Part shown: positions 11,340 through 23,500 of the stretch, piece after piece | Layout of the letters: every line of letters begins with the position of its first letter | Position numbering within the stretch: the first letter of the stretch is position 1 | Origin: Mytilus edulis | Taxonomy: Eukaryota | Direction of reading: 5' to 3' | DNA length: 64,000 nt | NCBI RefSeq assembly: GCF_963676685.1 | Contig: NC_092351.1 | Coordinates: 372,001 to 436,000, forward strand | Made by a program: the position numbers and the translations under genes | Notes under the pieces: generated by a model | Told to the model about the DNA's origin: nothing | Database searches by the model: none | The model's input: only the letters and a program-made list of their open reading frames with translations

Positions 11340-12825
11340 CCCGATCTTGTGTGTTTTATCGAAGGTCCGACTGACTGAGTTTACTAATTAAAGTACTTAC
11401 CTTTACCTTACTCCTCTCTACAACCAGCTCCTCTAGATTCTGCTCTCTCTCCGCCCGAGAGGGGACCACACCGCTGCCTCCGGTCGCCTGCTGTTGTCCT
11501 TCTGCTGCTGCATCCTGAAATTTGATAGTGAAATTTAAAAAAACATTAAGTAACATTTTCACAAAAAAAAGAATCATTTTCACGGGAATAATATATTTGT
11601 TGCGACTAGTAAGCTAATTTACCTTGTAGGCCTTGCCAAGTTTGTCAAGGACAGCATGACGGCTTTCCACTCGCCGGGACTTGTCGTAGTACCGGTCGGC
11701 AGTCGCTACATTGTGCGCCATGTGCTTGGCCAGCTCAATGGCTTCTTCCCGGGTGCCCCCGCTCTCTCTGAGGGTGCTAACCGCCAGCTTCCTGTTCCGA
11801 CTGGCGGTTAGGGTTGTCTTCTCCATCCCCTCTCCCTCGAAGAATCTATCCCATTCTGTCTGGACCAGCTTACTCATTGCCTGTAATAAAAATCACACTG
11901 ACATTATGACCTCAACGAATAATTTTGACCTCAACGAATAATACATAATACGACCGATAGCAGACCGCGAAATAAAAACACCGTCATTTACAATGTTCAA
12001 ACACATAATGTATGTCTTATGTAAATATACGTACCGAGGGCGTAAGGAATTCTCCCTTGCCCGTCAGGAACAAGTAAGGCTGGGGCTTCTCTGGTGGGTT
12101 GACTGGTAGGCTCAGGTGTGTCGCGTACACCTGCATGAGTCCAAGGAGGTCAGCAGCTATCCTCACATGGCAGATCTTGCCAGAGCGCGCCTCCTTGTGC
12201 TCGAACACCTGTAAGAGAGGGATTGATATTAATACGATAGACAGTAATACTTAATCACCTGTAAGAGAGAGATTGATATTAATACGATACACAGTAATAT
12301 AATTACTTAACACTTAATACCGAAAACTTATAATTTATTGTGATTTACCTCGATCTCGATATCAGTCCCATCTACTGCTACAGCCGACAGGACATCAGCC
12401 CGCCTCAAGTGGGTTATGTCCCCAGCCCTCTTGGCGTTACTCAAGAGTAACTGGAGACATAAGATGTTCCGGGCGTCCATCTTGTCTGCCCTGGACAGCT
12501 GCTCTCCTCTCTCTGCCTTCTCGATCACTCTCCGGGCTCAGGTGGGTCGTTGTCAGTCCAGGTACTTGGCTATCTGCGCTGGCTCCAGATCCACAATGTC
12601 CTCGCCACCTTGGCGATGAGGACATCCTCCTTCAGGCTCTTGCTCACCGTCTTCATTGTCTCGGAGAGCGTGGTGAGCTGGTCTGCAAGGAGACGCAGAT
12701 GGCGGAGCCAAGTACCCTTTCCTGCAAGGAACTGCAGGAACCCAGCCAAGCTGTGGAGGTATACCCGCTGGGTAGCAGGCTTCACTCTGAAAAAGAAAAA
12801 GAGGAAATAACTGACACTGCATTAC

Positions 12826-13393
12826 GTATGCGTAACATTTTCACATGTATACTTACAAGTTTCACTTATGCGTAACACTTTCACATGTATACTTACAAAG
12901 TTTCACGTATGCGTAACATTTTCACATGTATACTTCCAAGTTTCACGTATGCGTAACATTTTCACATGTATACTTACAAGTTTCACGTATGCGTAACATT
13001 TTCACATGGCGTGCAACATTCCCCCCCAAACACAACGTAAAGGCTTACAGGGTATGATTGACTTACCTGTCTTCTTGGAGGTGGCGGTTGACCTCACCGT
13101 TCAAGGTCCCGATCTTCTCCAGATCCAGGAGCGCCTGCCTCGTCAGCCCTGTGGGCAACCAAAACTTCACAGCCGTCAAGTGGCTCTGTGTGGTGGTAGC
13201 CTTGCGGGCTATCCCACACGCTCTGTCGGTCATCGTCTTTCTGACAGGGAAAACAACATTTGTATATATATGCATTTCTTATGCGCAACATTTTCACATG
13301 TATACTTAAAAGTTTCACGTATGCGTAACACTTTCACATGTATACTTACAAGTTTCACGTATGCGTAACATTTTCACATGTATACTTACAAGT
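12826..13393. repeat. Intronic ~39-bp tandem arrays (12826-13005 and 13280-13393)
   Basis: Unit cacgtatgcgtaacattttcacatgtatacttacaagttt on both sides of exon 13067-13240. Confidence 0.9.
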
Positions 13394-15380
13394 CTTGGGT
13401 CGTCAGCGACGTAAAAGGCCGGCCGTACCCCAATTCTTTCCCACTGACAATCATACCACGTCATATTTCAATGTATTTTTTTTCTCTCTAAAAACGCAAT
13501 CAAAGGTACCAAAATACAAACTCACCCGTAGTCTACTAGTGCCTGTTGTAGTTCCTGCTGAGCCTGGGTGCCTTCCTCGTAAGGCACTGCTCCCTAGATG
13601 GCCTCGCGGAACTCTTCGCTGTCCTTCTCCAGCTTGTGCACCGTCTTAAGGTGCACATCCATGCGGATCGTATTTGACCCGCACAGACCACACTCAAGAC
13701 GGCCACCGTAGGTCCTGTTGCCTTGGTCGCGGGGTCTGCCCTTCGTCTTCACAGGCACCGCCTCGGCGTCAGGGTGACACACCGTCATGTGACGTCTCAG
13801 GTTGACCACCGCAGCAGTACACCCTTCAATTTGGCACTCCCTGCGTGGTCGTTTCTGAAAATAAATAAAACAAAAACATTTATGTGTAACATTTTCACAT
13901 GACGGGTAGCAATTGTCAGAAAAATACACAAGTCCGTCCACCGAATAAAGTTTCAGGTCCGAAAATTTTTCCCATTTATGTGTAACATTTTCACATGACG
14001 GGTAGCAATTGTCAGAAAAATACACAAGTCCGTCCACCGAATAAAGTTTCTTGAGGGGTTCGATATGTTTTACACTGATAGCCCTTAAGGGTATATATAG
14101 TATATAATAAAAAATATATTAACATAAAACTCACCGTGTCACCCTTATACACCTTCGTGGCGGCTCTCCTCGTCCTTCTACGAACTGGCTCGTCAGCTGA
14201 CTGTGAGTCATCAGCTTCAGTGTCAGACCCTGACTCCTCCGCTGGCACGTCAGCAGCAACAGCTGGAACCTCAGTTCTACGAACTGGCTCGTCAGCTGGC
14301 TGTGGGTCATCAGCTTCATCAGTGTCAGACTCCGACTCCTCCGCTGGCACGTCAGCAGCAACAGCTGGAACATCAGTTCCAGCGGAACTAGCCTCAAACT
14401 CCGCAATAGTGCGGGCGACAAACCCCTTGGCCGAAGAATCTGCAAGAAAAGTGCGAACATTTATAAGTAACATTCACAAAATTTGTTTTTTTCTCGGGCC
14501 GCCTTGTTTTTTTCTGCGGCTTCCCTCTGTCTCCAGCCGTTAACCCGCGGCTCTCGCTAATTTTTTTTTTTTCACATTCAGTTAATTTTCAAATCTAATC
14601 CGTCCTACAAATGTGACAACCGCGTTCACAGTAAGTCAAGTTAACGATTGTTAAACTTACCTAACAGGTCCTTCTCCTCATTTGAAACCTCCTTCCTCTT
14701 CTTGGCAGGAGGTGCCTCCTCGTCCGAAGGACTTTCTACCGCTGTAAAAGGAAATAGTCAACTTTCAATATTACTTGTATCATTTTCACACCTAAAAATA
14801 TATTTTCATAATTTGATATATTTTCATGCCCGTCACTTCGATGTCTAATGATAAACTTACCGCTGTCGTCCGATGAGTAGTCATCAGCGCTGGGTGGCGG
14901 GACATACTGGTCACAGGAGTCCTCCCCTGATGTCATGTCTGTTGACTCTGTAAAAAAAATATTTGCCATGTACATCTACAGTATTCACCATTATGCGTAG
15001 CATTATCACAATTACGCGTAGCATTATCACAATCATATAGAACAGGAAAAAAAAAAAAAAAAAAAAAACAAATACAGTATTCACCATTATGCGTAGCATT
15101 ATCACAATTACATACCCTGCTTCTCCTGTACGATGTCAGCTGCCTCTGGGAAAAACACCATAGACTTCCTCCTGGACGATCTCCTCTCCCCCCTAAACTG
15201 GCGAACCTTCGGGGCTGGGCAAGCTGCTGGCGCCGGCGACTTCTTGAAACCCTTCAACATCTTGCTCTGCTGCGCCAGCAGGTTCCCAAGGAAGGATACA
15301 CCCTTCCTTTCTTCCTTCTCGTCCAGCTTGGACCATTCCAGGTCCAAGTCCTGCTATCCTTTCCCTGTAAGAATAAGTAT

Positions 15381-15499
15381 CAGAAAATTATACACGATGA
15401 AAACATGCACAGCCGAAGAAACTGTGAAAATGCTACCAATAAACCACAGGCATAGCCCGTGAAAATGCTACGCATAAAAGATATAAGGCAGGAAACATT
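15381..15499 (-). repeat. Right copy of the ~115-bp intronic inverted repeat pair
   Basis: Fills most of intron 15365-15529; inverted relative to 11226-11339. Confidence 0.9.
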
Positions 15500-17014
15500 G
15501 GGGCCGATATTTAAATACAATGTACCTACCAGAGTCAGAGTCCTCAAGGTACGCCTCCTGTACCACGTCCCTCAGCTGGCTGGTCCTGGTCTCCTCCTTC
15601 CGCGTTGGGGTCATGCCCTCCTTCCGCGTTGGGGTCGGTGTGACCCTGGTCTCCTCCTCCACCATGTCCTCTTCTGTAAAAAATGAAAGGAAAGATTAGC
15701 AAGGCATGTTCACGTACTTAACAGTGATAATGATTGACAGTGTTGGCTAATATCTAAATACAAGGTACTCACCGGTGACAGGCTCTGTCTTGGGCACTAT
15801 CGGGTCAATAGGGACCGCCTGGAACAAGACGGGGTCGGCCGTGCCAGCGTCCACCTCCACCTTGAGGTCAATAGGGACCTCCATCCTCTGGCCGGCTCCC
15901 GCGTAGTTACCTGAAATATATAATGTGTACATACATTGCACAACAGTTCTCTATGAAGTTTGCATTACCTGAAAAAAAAATAATGTGTGAATACATAGCA
16001 CAGTAGTTCCCCATGAAGACTTGAAAGTAAAGATTTAACATAGGAGGTAAAGGTACTCACCTATAGAAAGGTAACTGTCTGTCCAAGCCTGGACGCGGTT
16101 GACTGCACCGCCGACTCTCAGGCTTGCCCGTCCCAGTCCTGCCCGCAACTGCCTCTTCCCCAGAAACAGGCTCCTAACAGGCCGTCCCACACTTTTATTG
16201 AGGGCAAACCTGCTAGGCATACCCGCTAGGATGCCTGATACGCAGCGGGTCCTGTCCTGCCGTGCCCACCACGCTGCCTCCTGTCCAATCCTCTGCTGGT
16301 CCATCCTTCTGGCGTCCTGGACGCGGGCCAGCCACCAAGGCTCACTAGGCAGTGGGATGTTCACTCCGGGGGTAACCCACTTTAGCTCCTTCCACACACC
16401 ATCCCGAAGAATGGTGTGCTTCCGGGCCACCCTACTGGTCTCATGGTGATCCTTAATGATCACCCTGCTAGATTCTTCCATTAAAACCTGCAATGTAAAT
16501 GTTATGTGTAAGATTGGAGAATATCCGCCCGCTGCCTCTCGATGAAAAATCCTCGGACATAGAAATTTCTCCCCGCTGAAATTATTTTTTCCCCGGCTAA
16601 TCGTACTACCCGCGGCCGCCCGCTAAAACGTCTTCCGCGGATCTTCGATGAAATGAAATGTAAACGTTATGTGTAACATTTTCGCTGATTTTCAAAAGTG
16701 TGGACCGATTTCAACAAGTAACAGTGTAGATCGATACTTATAACCCTACTCACCAGCCTTCTAGTTATCAGCCCCAGCTCTACCGTGGGCTTCTCCGTGG
16801 TCGGGATCCCCCAGGTCCTCATCTGTGACATCGGCATCTTCGTCGGCCGCCACTCGCATCCGGACCTCTGGATCTTGGTAACGGGTACATCCCGCACCAC
16901 TACCTTCGGCACACCATCTTGAAAGATGATGTGCTTCGGGCCTGTCCCACTCGTCAGTCCCGTGGAGGGGTCCTCTATTATCTGCAATATAAACGTTATG
17001 TGTAACATTTTCAC

Positions 17015-17620
17015 TGAATGAAATTTTTTTTCCCTGGTCGTCGCAAGAGGCCGCGGTAGCCCGCTAAAAGATCTTGCGATGTACCTCGTAGAAAAATCCT
17101 CGGACGTGAACATTTCTTCCCGATGAATTTTTTTTTTGTCCCCTGGTCGTGGCAAGAGACCGCGGTAGCCCGCTAAAAGATCTTGCGATGTACCTCGTAG
17201 AAAAATCCTCGGACATGAACATTTCTTCCCGATGAAATATTTTTTTTCCACTGGTCGTCGCAAGAGGCCGCGGTAGCCCGCTAAAAGATCTTGCGATGTA
17301 CCTCGTAGAAAAATCCTCGGACGTGAACATTTCTTCCCGATGAAAAATATTTATTTTTTACCCCTGCTAGTCGTAAGACCCGCGATCGCCCGCTAAAAGC
17401 CAAAGGCCACGATTAATGAAACTTTCCACCGCTGCTTGTAGCAGGGGACGGACCATATCTACCCGCGCCTCGTACAGGCAGAAAAGGAAAGGCCGCGACC
17501 GATGAAACTGTCCGCCGCTGCTTGAAGCAGGGACGAACCATATATACCCGCGCCTCGTATCAGCGGAAAGGGAAAGGCAGAGGCCTCGATCAATGAAACT
17601 GTCAGCCACTGCTTGTAGCC
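17015..17620. repeat. ~119-bp tandem (x3) followed by ~90-bp tandem (x2-3)
   Basis: Repeated ccgcggtagcccgctaaaagatcttgcgatgtacctcgtagaaaaatcctcggac, with a degenerate copy at ~16530-16650, then repeated gatgaaactgtccgccgctgcttg units. Confidence 0.85.
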
Positions 17621-17738
17621 GGGGGGCGGGGGACAATTTTCACAATTAAACTCATTGGGAAAGTAAAAGTTTTATGCGTAGCATTTTGACCGATACATTT
17701 AACAAAATTATGTGTAACATTTTCACAATTAAACTTAT

Positions 17739-17768
17739 GGTTAGGGTTTAGGGTTAGGGTTAGGGTTA
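17739..17768 (+). repeat. Short interstitial telomeric-type repeat (TTAGGG)x4
   Basis: ggttagggtttagggttagggttagggtta. Confidence 0.85.
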
Positions 17769-19254
17769 CAGATACATGTAACATTTTCACAGAAGGTAAG
17801 ACCGGTGCTCTTTTACTTTTTAGTGTGGATTGCCTGAGACCTCGTACTAATGTACATCGCTCGGGCAGGCAGCAATCAGTATTGGCAATTCCTATCCACG
17901 CCTTTCTCGTTAAAGGTTCCCGAATAAAATGACACAACTCCTATCCGTAACATTTTCACATTTTAAGCGTAACAATTCACAAGACCCGAACACGTTTAAC
18001 CGTTTTACTTATTTATTTTTGATGGGTTTCGTACTTTGAAATGAGGGAATTGTCACGGCCTGCAAGAAGACTACGCGCAAATATTACCGGCGCCTTTCTC
18101 TTTATCCGTCGCCAAATGAAATAATGAACTCTTATGGGGAACATTTTCACATCCCTATGTGGAACCCTTCACAAGACAGCAAGAGGGAAGGCCGTTTTAA
18201 TTTTTTTGTGTAATGGGTTTCGGGCTTTGAACAGCGGGGTATTTTCTAAACCCATAAGGCCTACGTAGTCCTCGATTGGCAGAGGCCTGGCAACAGCCGT
18301 TACTCCTCGGTACATGGGGGTGGGATGTCACTGTTTGCAAATCGACCAAGTCCCAAAGTAGCCTTTTCACCCTTGACTCAGGGCTGCATTTAAACACGAT
18401 CGAAAATCATGGAAAGGTGCCGGAGAAGGGGTTGTTCTACTCACCGTGGGCGTCGCTTGTCGCACGTGTACAGGGGCCTATCCCTTGTAGTTGAGGATAT
18501 ACGGGGATCGGCGAGAAAGTTGACACGGCACCCGATACACCATGCTATCCGATCGTGAACTGTTCCCGAAGTCGAGAGCTACCGATGCTTCTTTCCAGTT
18601 TTCCCGTCCGTGAACAGACTAAGTTTCTGCGAGTTTCTAAGTTTTATGCGTAACATTAGCCTACAGGACTTTAAGTAAAAGTAGTTAAACAGGTTTTTTT
18701 CCCATTGTTATGTGCTGTACCTGTGCAATAATTTCACGGCGTGAAACCGTGAAATTTCGGATGAAGTGATCACTGTCAAGTGTTGTAATCTCTTTTAAAC
18801 GTTAACATAAACAATGTCATTCCAAAAACATTTTTGCCTCGAAAAACACGAAAACTGGCACAGAAACACTTCTATATGTACTGAATGTGTAAACTTTTTA
18901 TCAGGATCTGAACATCATAATATTCAGTATGCTAAAAATAAGTGTTATAAAAGCTCGGACGGCAACTAGCTTAACATATTTTGTATAGTTTCATCACTCG
19001 AAAAATAAAATTGAGAATGGAAATAGGGAATGTGCCAAAGAGACAACAACCCAACCATAGAACAGACAACAGCATAGTCCGTCAGAGGTATTTTTATCGT
19101 TCGGCTGCTGTCTTATTGACGCATGTGCAATATGTCCGATTATATAAATCCTTTGGATCATAGTGGGTGCAATATGACCAATTAAGTTAGAAATACGACG
19201 ATGAGGTATGAGTGCCAAATGAGACATCTTTCCATTCAAGACACAATCTAGTAA

Positions 19255-19960
19255 CGTAAGCTTTTGCAGTGTCAAAAACTCGTTGGAAGTACAATGATAA
19301 ATTGCTGGCATATATTGGTGATTTTGAATCTGTTCAAAGTTTTGATTTTTTTACGCTATATACCTCTTTGCCTTATATTCTTATTAAGAAAAAATTCACA
19401 CACCTACTTAAATGGACATTTAAAAAGTCAGAATGCGAATACATATGTTCCAATTCTTTTAGGTCATTTTCTAGCAGCAACAAACAAAAGAACTATGTCA
19501 AATGGACATGCTTTGATACTATATCTGCCCCTGAATTTTTACTGGATAACACTTTTGTTCACTTTGGAGATTCCGTTTATCGTCAAGTTATCGGAATTCC
19601 AATAGGGACTACCTGTGCACCACTTATCGCGGACCTGTTTTTGTATTGATATGAGTTATAATTTATGACTAAAATCAACAAAGACCCATCGAAACAACAT
19701 CTGATACAAAAACATGGGTCTCAATAATGACGACTTCAGTATGTATACTAGAGAAATTTATCCTGCTAAACTTACTTTAGATAAAGCTAATACTAACAAT
19801 GACCACTGCACTTTACTCGATCTTGATATCTTTATCATTAACGGGAAGCTTAATACAAAAATTAATGATAAAAAAAGATAATTTTTCATTTCCTATCCAT
19901 TTTTAGATGGTGATGTTCCCTTGTCACCATCCTACTCGTGTATGTATCAACGTATTATAT
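19255..19960 (+). pseudogene. Degenerate Penelope-like RT fragment, same family as 5795-6774
   Basis: FDFFTLYT, GIPIGTTCAPLIADLFLY*. The YLDD region is deleted. Confidence 0.85.
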
Positions 19961-20518
19961 TTTAGCGAGAAAAAAATTATGAATTGGGTCCGAGACCATA
20001 GTTATTTCCTAGTGCATTTCTTTTAGACAATAAATGAAAATAAAAAAAAAATCCATCTGCGCTTTCTGAATAATATTTTTACAGTGTGTTGTACTACTTT
20101 TGGGACAGATTATATCAAAATTATAGAAAACTTCATCAGCTCTAACTCAGAATATGGACAATGTTATGTTAAGGGGGTATTGAAATCTTTTGACAGCTCG
20201 GCCAAAACAGTCCTGTGTTAAACTTGCCTTGTTCCGAAAATTAAGGTTACCTTCTGAACTTGATGGAACGTTGACAAAATAATATAAAACGCAGTCAAGA
20301 CAAATCAAAAAGTATAAAGTTAAATTTGTACCTGGAATAAATCTCTCAATTTTGATACACTTTTCCCCTTTCTGTGAGTGACCATAATTTCTGTTTGCAG
20401 TGACCAACTCGAAACCGCTCTCGTCCATGAACCTTAATCAAATACTGAAGTACTGAACATCGGATGACCACAAGTTCTTGTGGATGGTCCCAAACACTTG
20501 TCTCAGAAAAAAAGGCAA

Positions 20519-23500
20519 TGGCTATTTTGCCGGCTCCGGAAAATAGCAATCTATATAGAGTTTTGCTATTTTGCAGGTCCTATTTCAGACTTTTAATCCG
20601 ACTATTAGAAATAAAAAATATTTGTATGAAATTATGTATATACAAATCGGATATAGGGCTAAATGTCAATAAGTTTTTAGTCTTTACTTTGACTTCATGG
20701 TCTGGTATATTAACTTTTGGTGAACTGCAATCATTAAATTACATGTACATACGTTAATTTCTGTTAAACGTTCGAAGATAGAAGACGAAAAACTTAAAAT
20801 AAATGATAAGTTCGACTCATATGAAGACATACAGCAGGTTTTAAAGGAGTTTGAAAAAGATAACTATGTTCAACTATGGAAGCGGGATTCGAGGACAATC
20901 AAATTCATGAAAACCAGAGCACCAAACAAAAATTAAACAATAGGCTACTCTATGGTCCTATTAAGTATTGCTGTGTTCATGGAGGCACACAAAACTTCAT
21001 CTACTGATAAGTCTAGTTATTTCATCATTTCATCTGTATCTGTGTATATATACGTGGAAGATACTAATCCTGATTTTTTTTTATACATGTACATTCATCT
21101 CTGTTTTTTTCTTGTAACTAAATAAATTTCAAAATATTTGAGTCGAATAGCAACATTCAACATCTTTCAATCGAAGTTACCCTAAATTTGTGTATACTTT
21201 GCACTAACAAGTACGTTTTGGTGTAGTGCGTAAAATTGCAAAACTAAAAAAAAGCAAATAAGTGTTAAATGTGTTATTCTCGCTTATCATCGAATAACGA
21301 ATAAACTATTTAAGAACCCTATCCAACAACCTTTTTTAAGATGGTCTATCTTCTTGCAGGTCAACGTCCTTACCAGGCTACATTCAAGCATAACTGTCTT
21401 TTGTTCATTCAACTGCATGTGTACGACTCCAGATGGACAACAGCTAACAGTGTCGAAATACAACAATGAACATAATCATGAAATCAATGAAATTTGTTTC
21501 AAGTACTTGCCAAAACAGAGACATCATTCTATCTTCCGAAGAAAGACAAGATGTAGAAAACATGCTCAAAGTAAACGCTAACAAAAAGATGCTACAGAAC
21601 TTTGTAATGCAGAAAAATGAAAAGAAAGTTGTTTTGAAAGATGTGCACGATATACATTCAGGCATAAAGAAAATAGACAAAGATAGACCAAGTCAACTTA
21701 ATGATTGGGTGCTGTTGTCGAATATGTCACGGATGGTGACAAAAACCTGAAAGCAATCTTTCAAGATGAAGCTATTAAGTCAACTTTCGAACAGTTTCCC
21801 GAAATTAAACTTATTGATGCGACATACAAGACAAACAATCTGCGACTGTCACTTTATTTCATAATTACAGTTGATGGTAATGGGCAGATTGAAATTGTTG
21901 TATTGTTTCTGTTAACTGAGGAGGATCAAGATTTGTCGCATCCATCATAGAACTGTTTAAAAATACATAAGACTTCATGGGAAAATGTTTTAAAAGTTAT
22001 ATTAACTAATAAAGATATGTCCGAACGGAATGTATTGAGTTTTAAAAGCGATGCCTGATGCTAATCTCCAGTTATTCACAGTCATGTGCTATGCAATTTC
22101 AGGAGAGAGATAACACCTGAAAAACTTGGTATCACTCCCGGGTAAAAAAATCAGCTCCTTAATTAGAAACTGTACAGAAAATATCTTACTGAAGATCGGA
22201 GGAATAATATAAATCTTGTTATGAAAAATTGACATCTGAACGGTACCGTAGTCTCCTATTTCAACAGAAACTGGCATATTATAAGGTCAGAATAGGTTTA
22301 CGGACTTAAAGATGGAGTCAACCTTGGAAATAAAACAAATAACAGAATCGAAAGTATTAATGATAAAGTGAAGTCCGTACTGACTATCCATCCAAACCTG
22401 CCCAGAATTCACAGGAAGTATTCTGATCGCCATAAAATCATTAAGAACAGAACGAGATCATAAAACTGTTGGCATGTTTCTGACGAAACCGGTTAATGCG
22501 TCTGATACGGAATCTGCCGAATACAAATACCAAGAACTGTTAACGCCGTACGCACTTAGGTATGTATTGAAACAAACTTCAAACTGTAGCGATGTCGTAT
22601 TGAAAAAGTAAGAGAACTGGACAGGTGGAGAATTTTGGTGTGCGGAGAGTAAACTTAAAGAGGGGCAAGTGTAGTGGAATTCATTTGTACATGCACATTC
22701 TTCAAAAGTATGTTTCTCCCATGTAGACACAAACTTTGAGATGTCAACAATGAAGACTTGTTTCAGATGAATGGAATATACCAGAGATAAAACTTAGGCA
22801 CATATACTAGATCTCATAGACTTTTTTGTTCATTTCCCTCCGAAGAATTAAAATCACGATCTTCTATTATTAGCATTCCAAAACGTAGCCGTAAATTGTC
22901 ACAAAGTGAGAAATACAGACAAACACAGCTTCATGCCCAGCAGATTGCAACTTTGTTTTCGAAAGCAACAGGAAACGATTATTTAAACAAAACATCCACT
23001 TTACAAAATATATTAAAACATTGAAATGATGGAAAGCATTGTTTAGTGGTGGAAGTTCTTGAAGTGGAAACATCATTCTGATCAACTGGAATCACAAAGC
23101 GAAGTTTTAGAACTGACTGAATAAGTGGAAAGTATTACCGATAGTCACTGTAGTGAAAGTGGTGAAATCGAACCAGAGAGAGATGACATTAAACTCAAAC
23201 ATAACTAATTGAACTCTGCTGAAACGATTTCGAGTATAGCTTTACCACCTACAATGAAAAAGCGCGGGAGACCAAAGGGAATTACACAAACTGTAAAAGG
23301 ATTACCTAAATAGCAGGCACGAAAGACAAAATGTATTACTTTTGATCAAAAAGCGTCCAAGGAGACTGATGTGATTGTATTAGAATGGTTTGTTGGAAAA
23401 GAAATAGCAAAGTCAGCTGTTGATGACGGTCTTGTGATAGAAGAGGAACACGTAGAAACTCGCCCTGAAATGGTTTCAACTTTATGTTTAGACAAACTAG

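Larger units (their letters stand above)
11093..16981 (-). pseudogene. 15-exon C2H2-zinc-finger / tyrosine recombinase gene (~1,080 codons), disabled
   Basis: GT-AG, phase-consistent exons: 16754-16981, 16061-16487, 15773-15910, 15530-15673, 15116-15364, 14861-14947, 14661-14741, 14135-14439, 13526-13854, 13067-13240, 12349-12786, 12035-12208, 11623-11880, 11401-11514, 11093-11188. Motifs: NAKRAGD, EHKEARSG, TASRNRK, HMAHNVATADRYY. Stops at 15354, 13594, 12553 and 12538; frameshift near 12605. Possible upstream exon at 18445-18543. Confidence 0.85.
8800..18780 (-). mobile_element. Large intron-rich tyrosine-recombinase / zinc-finger DNA element (Crypton-like sensu lato); boundaries approximate
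   Basis: Visibly GC-richer island with a multi-exon recombinase gene, a second zinc-finger unit, internal tandem arrays and a dispersed motif seen only in this interval. No TSD or exact termini identified. Confidence 0.7.

Noticed and set aside
12538-15356. Stop-codon recoding or selenocysteine in the recombinase gene
   Set aside because: Stops are mixed TAG and TGA and are accompanied by a frameshift; pseudogenisation is simpler.
8800-18780. Endogenous virus, Polinton or DIRS retroelement
   Set aside because: No recognisable capsid, DNA polymerase, ATPase, RT or RNase H motifs. Remote homology of the N-terminal exons cannot be excluded without HHpred.
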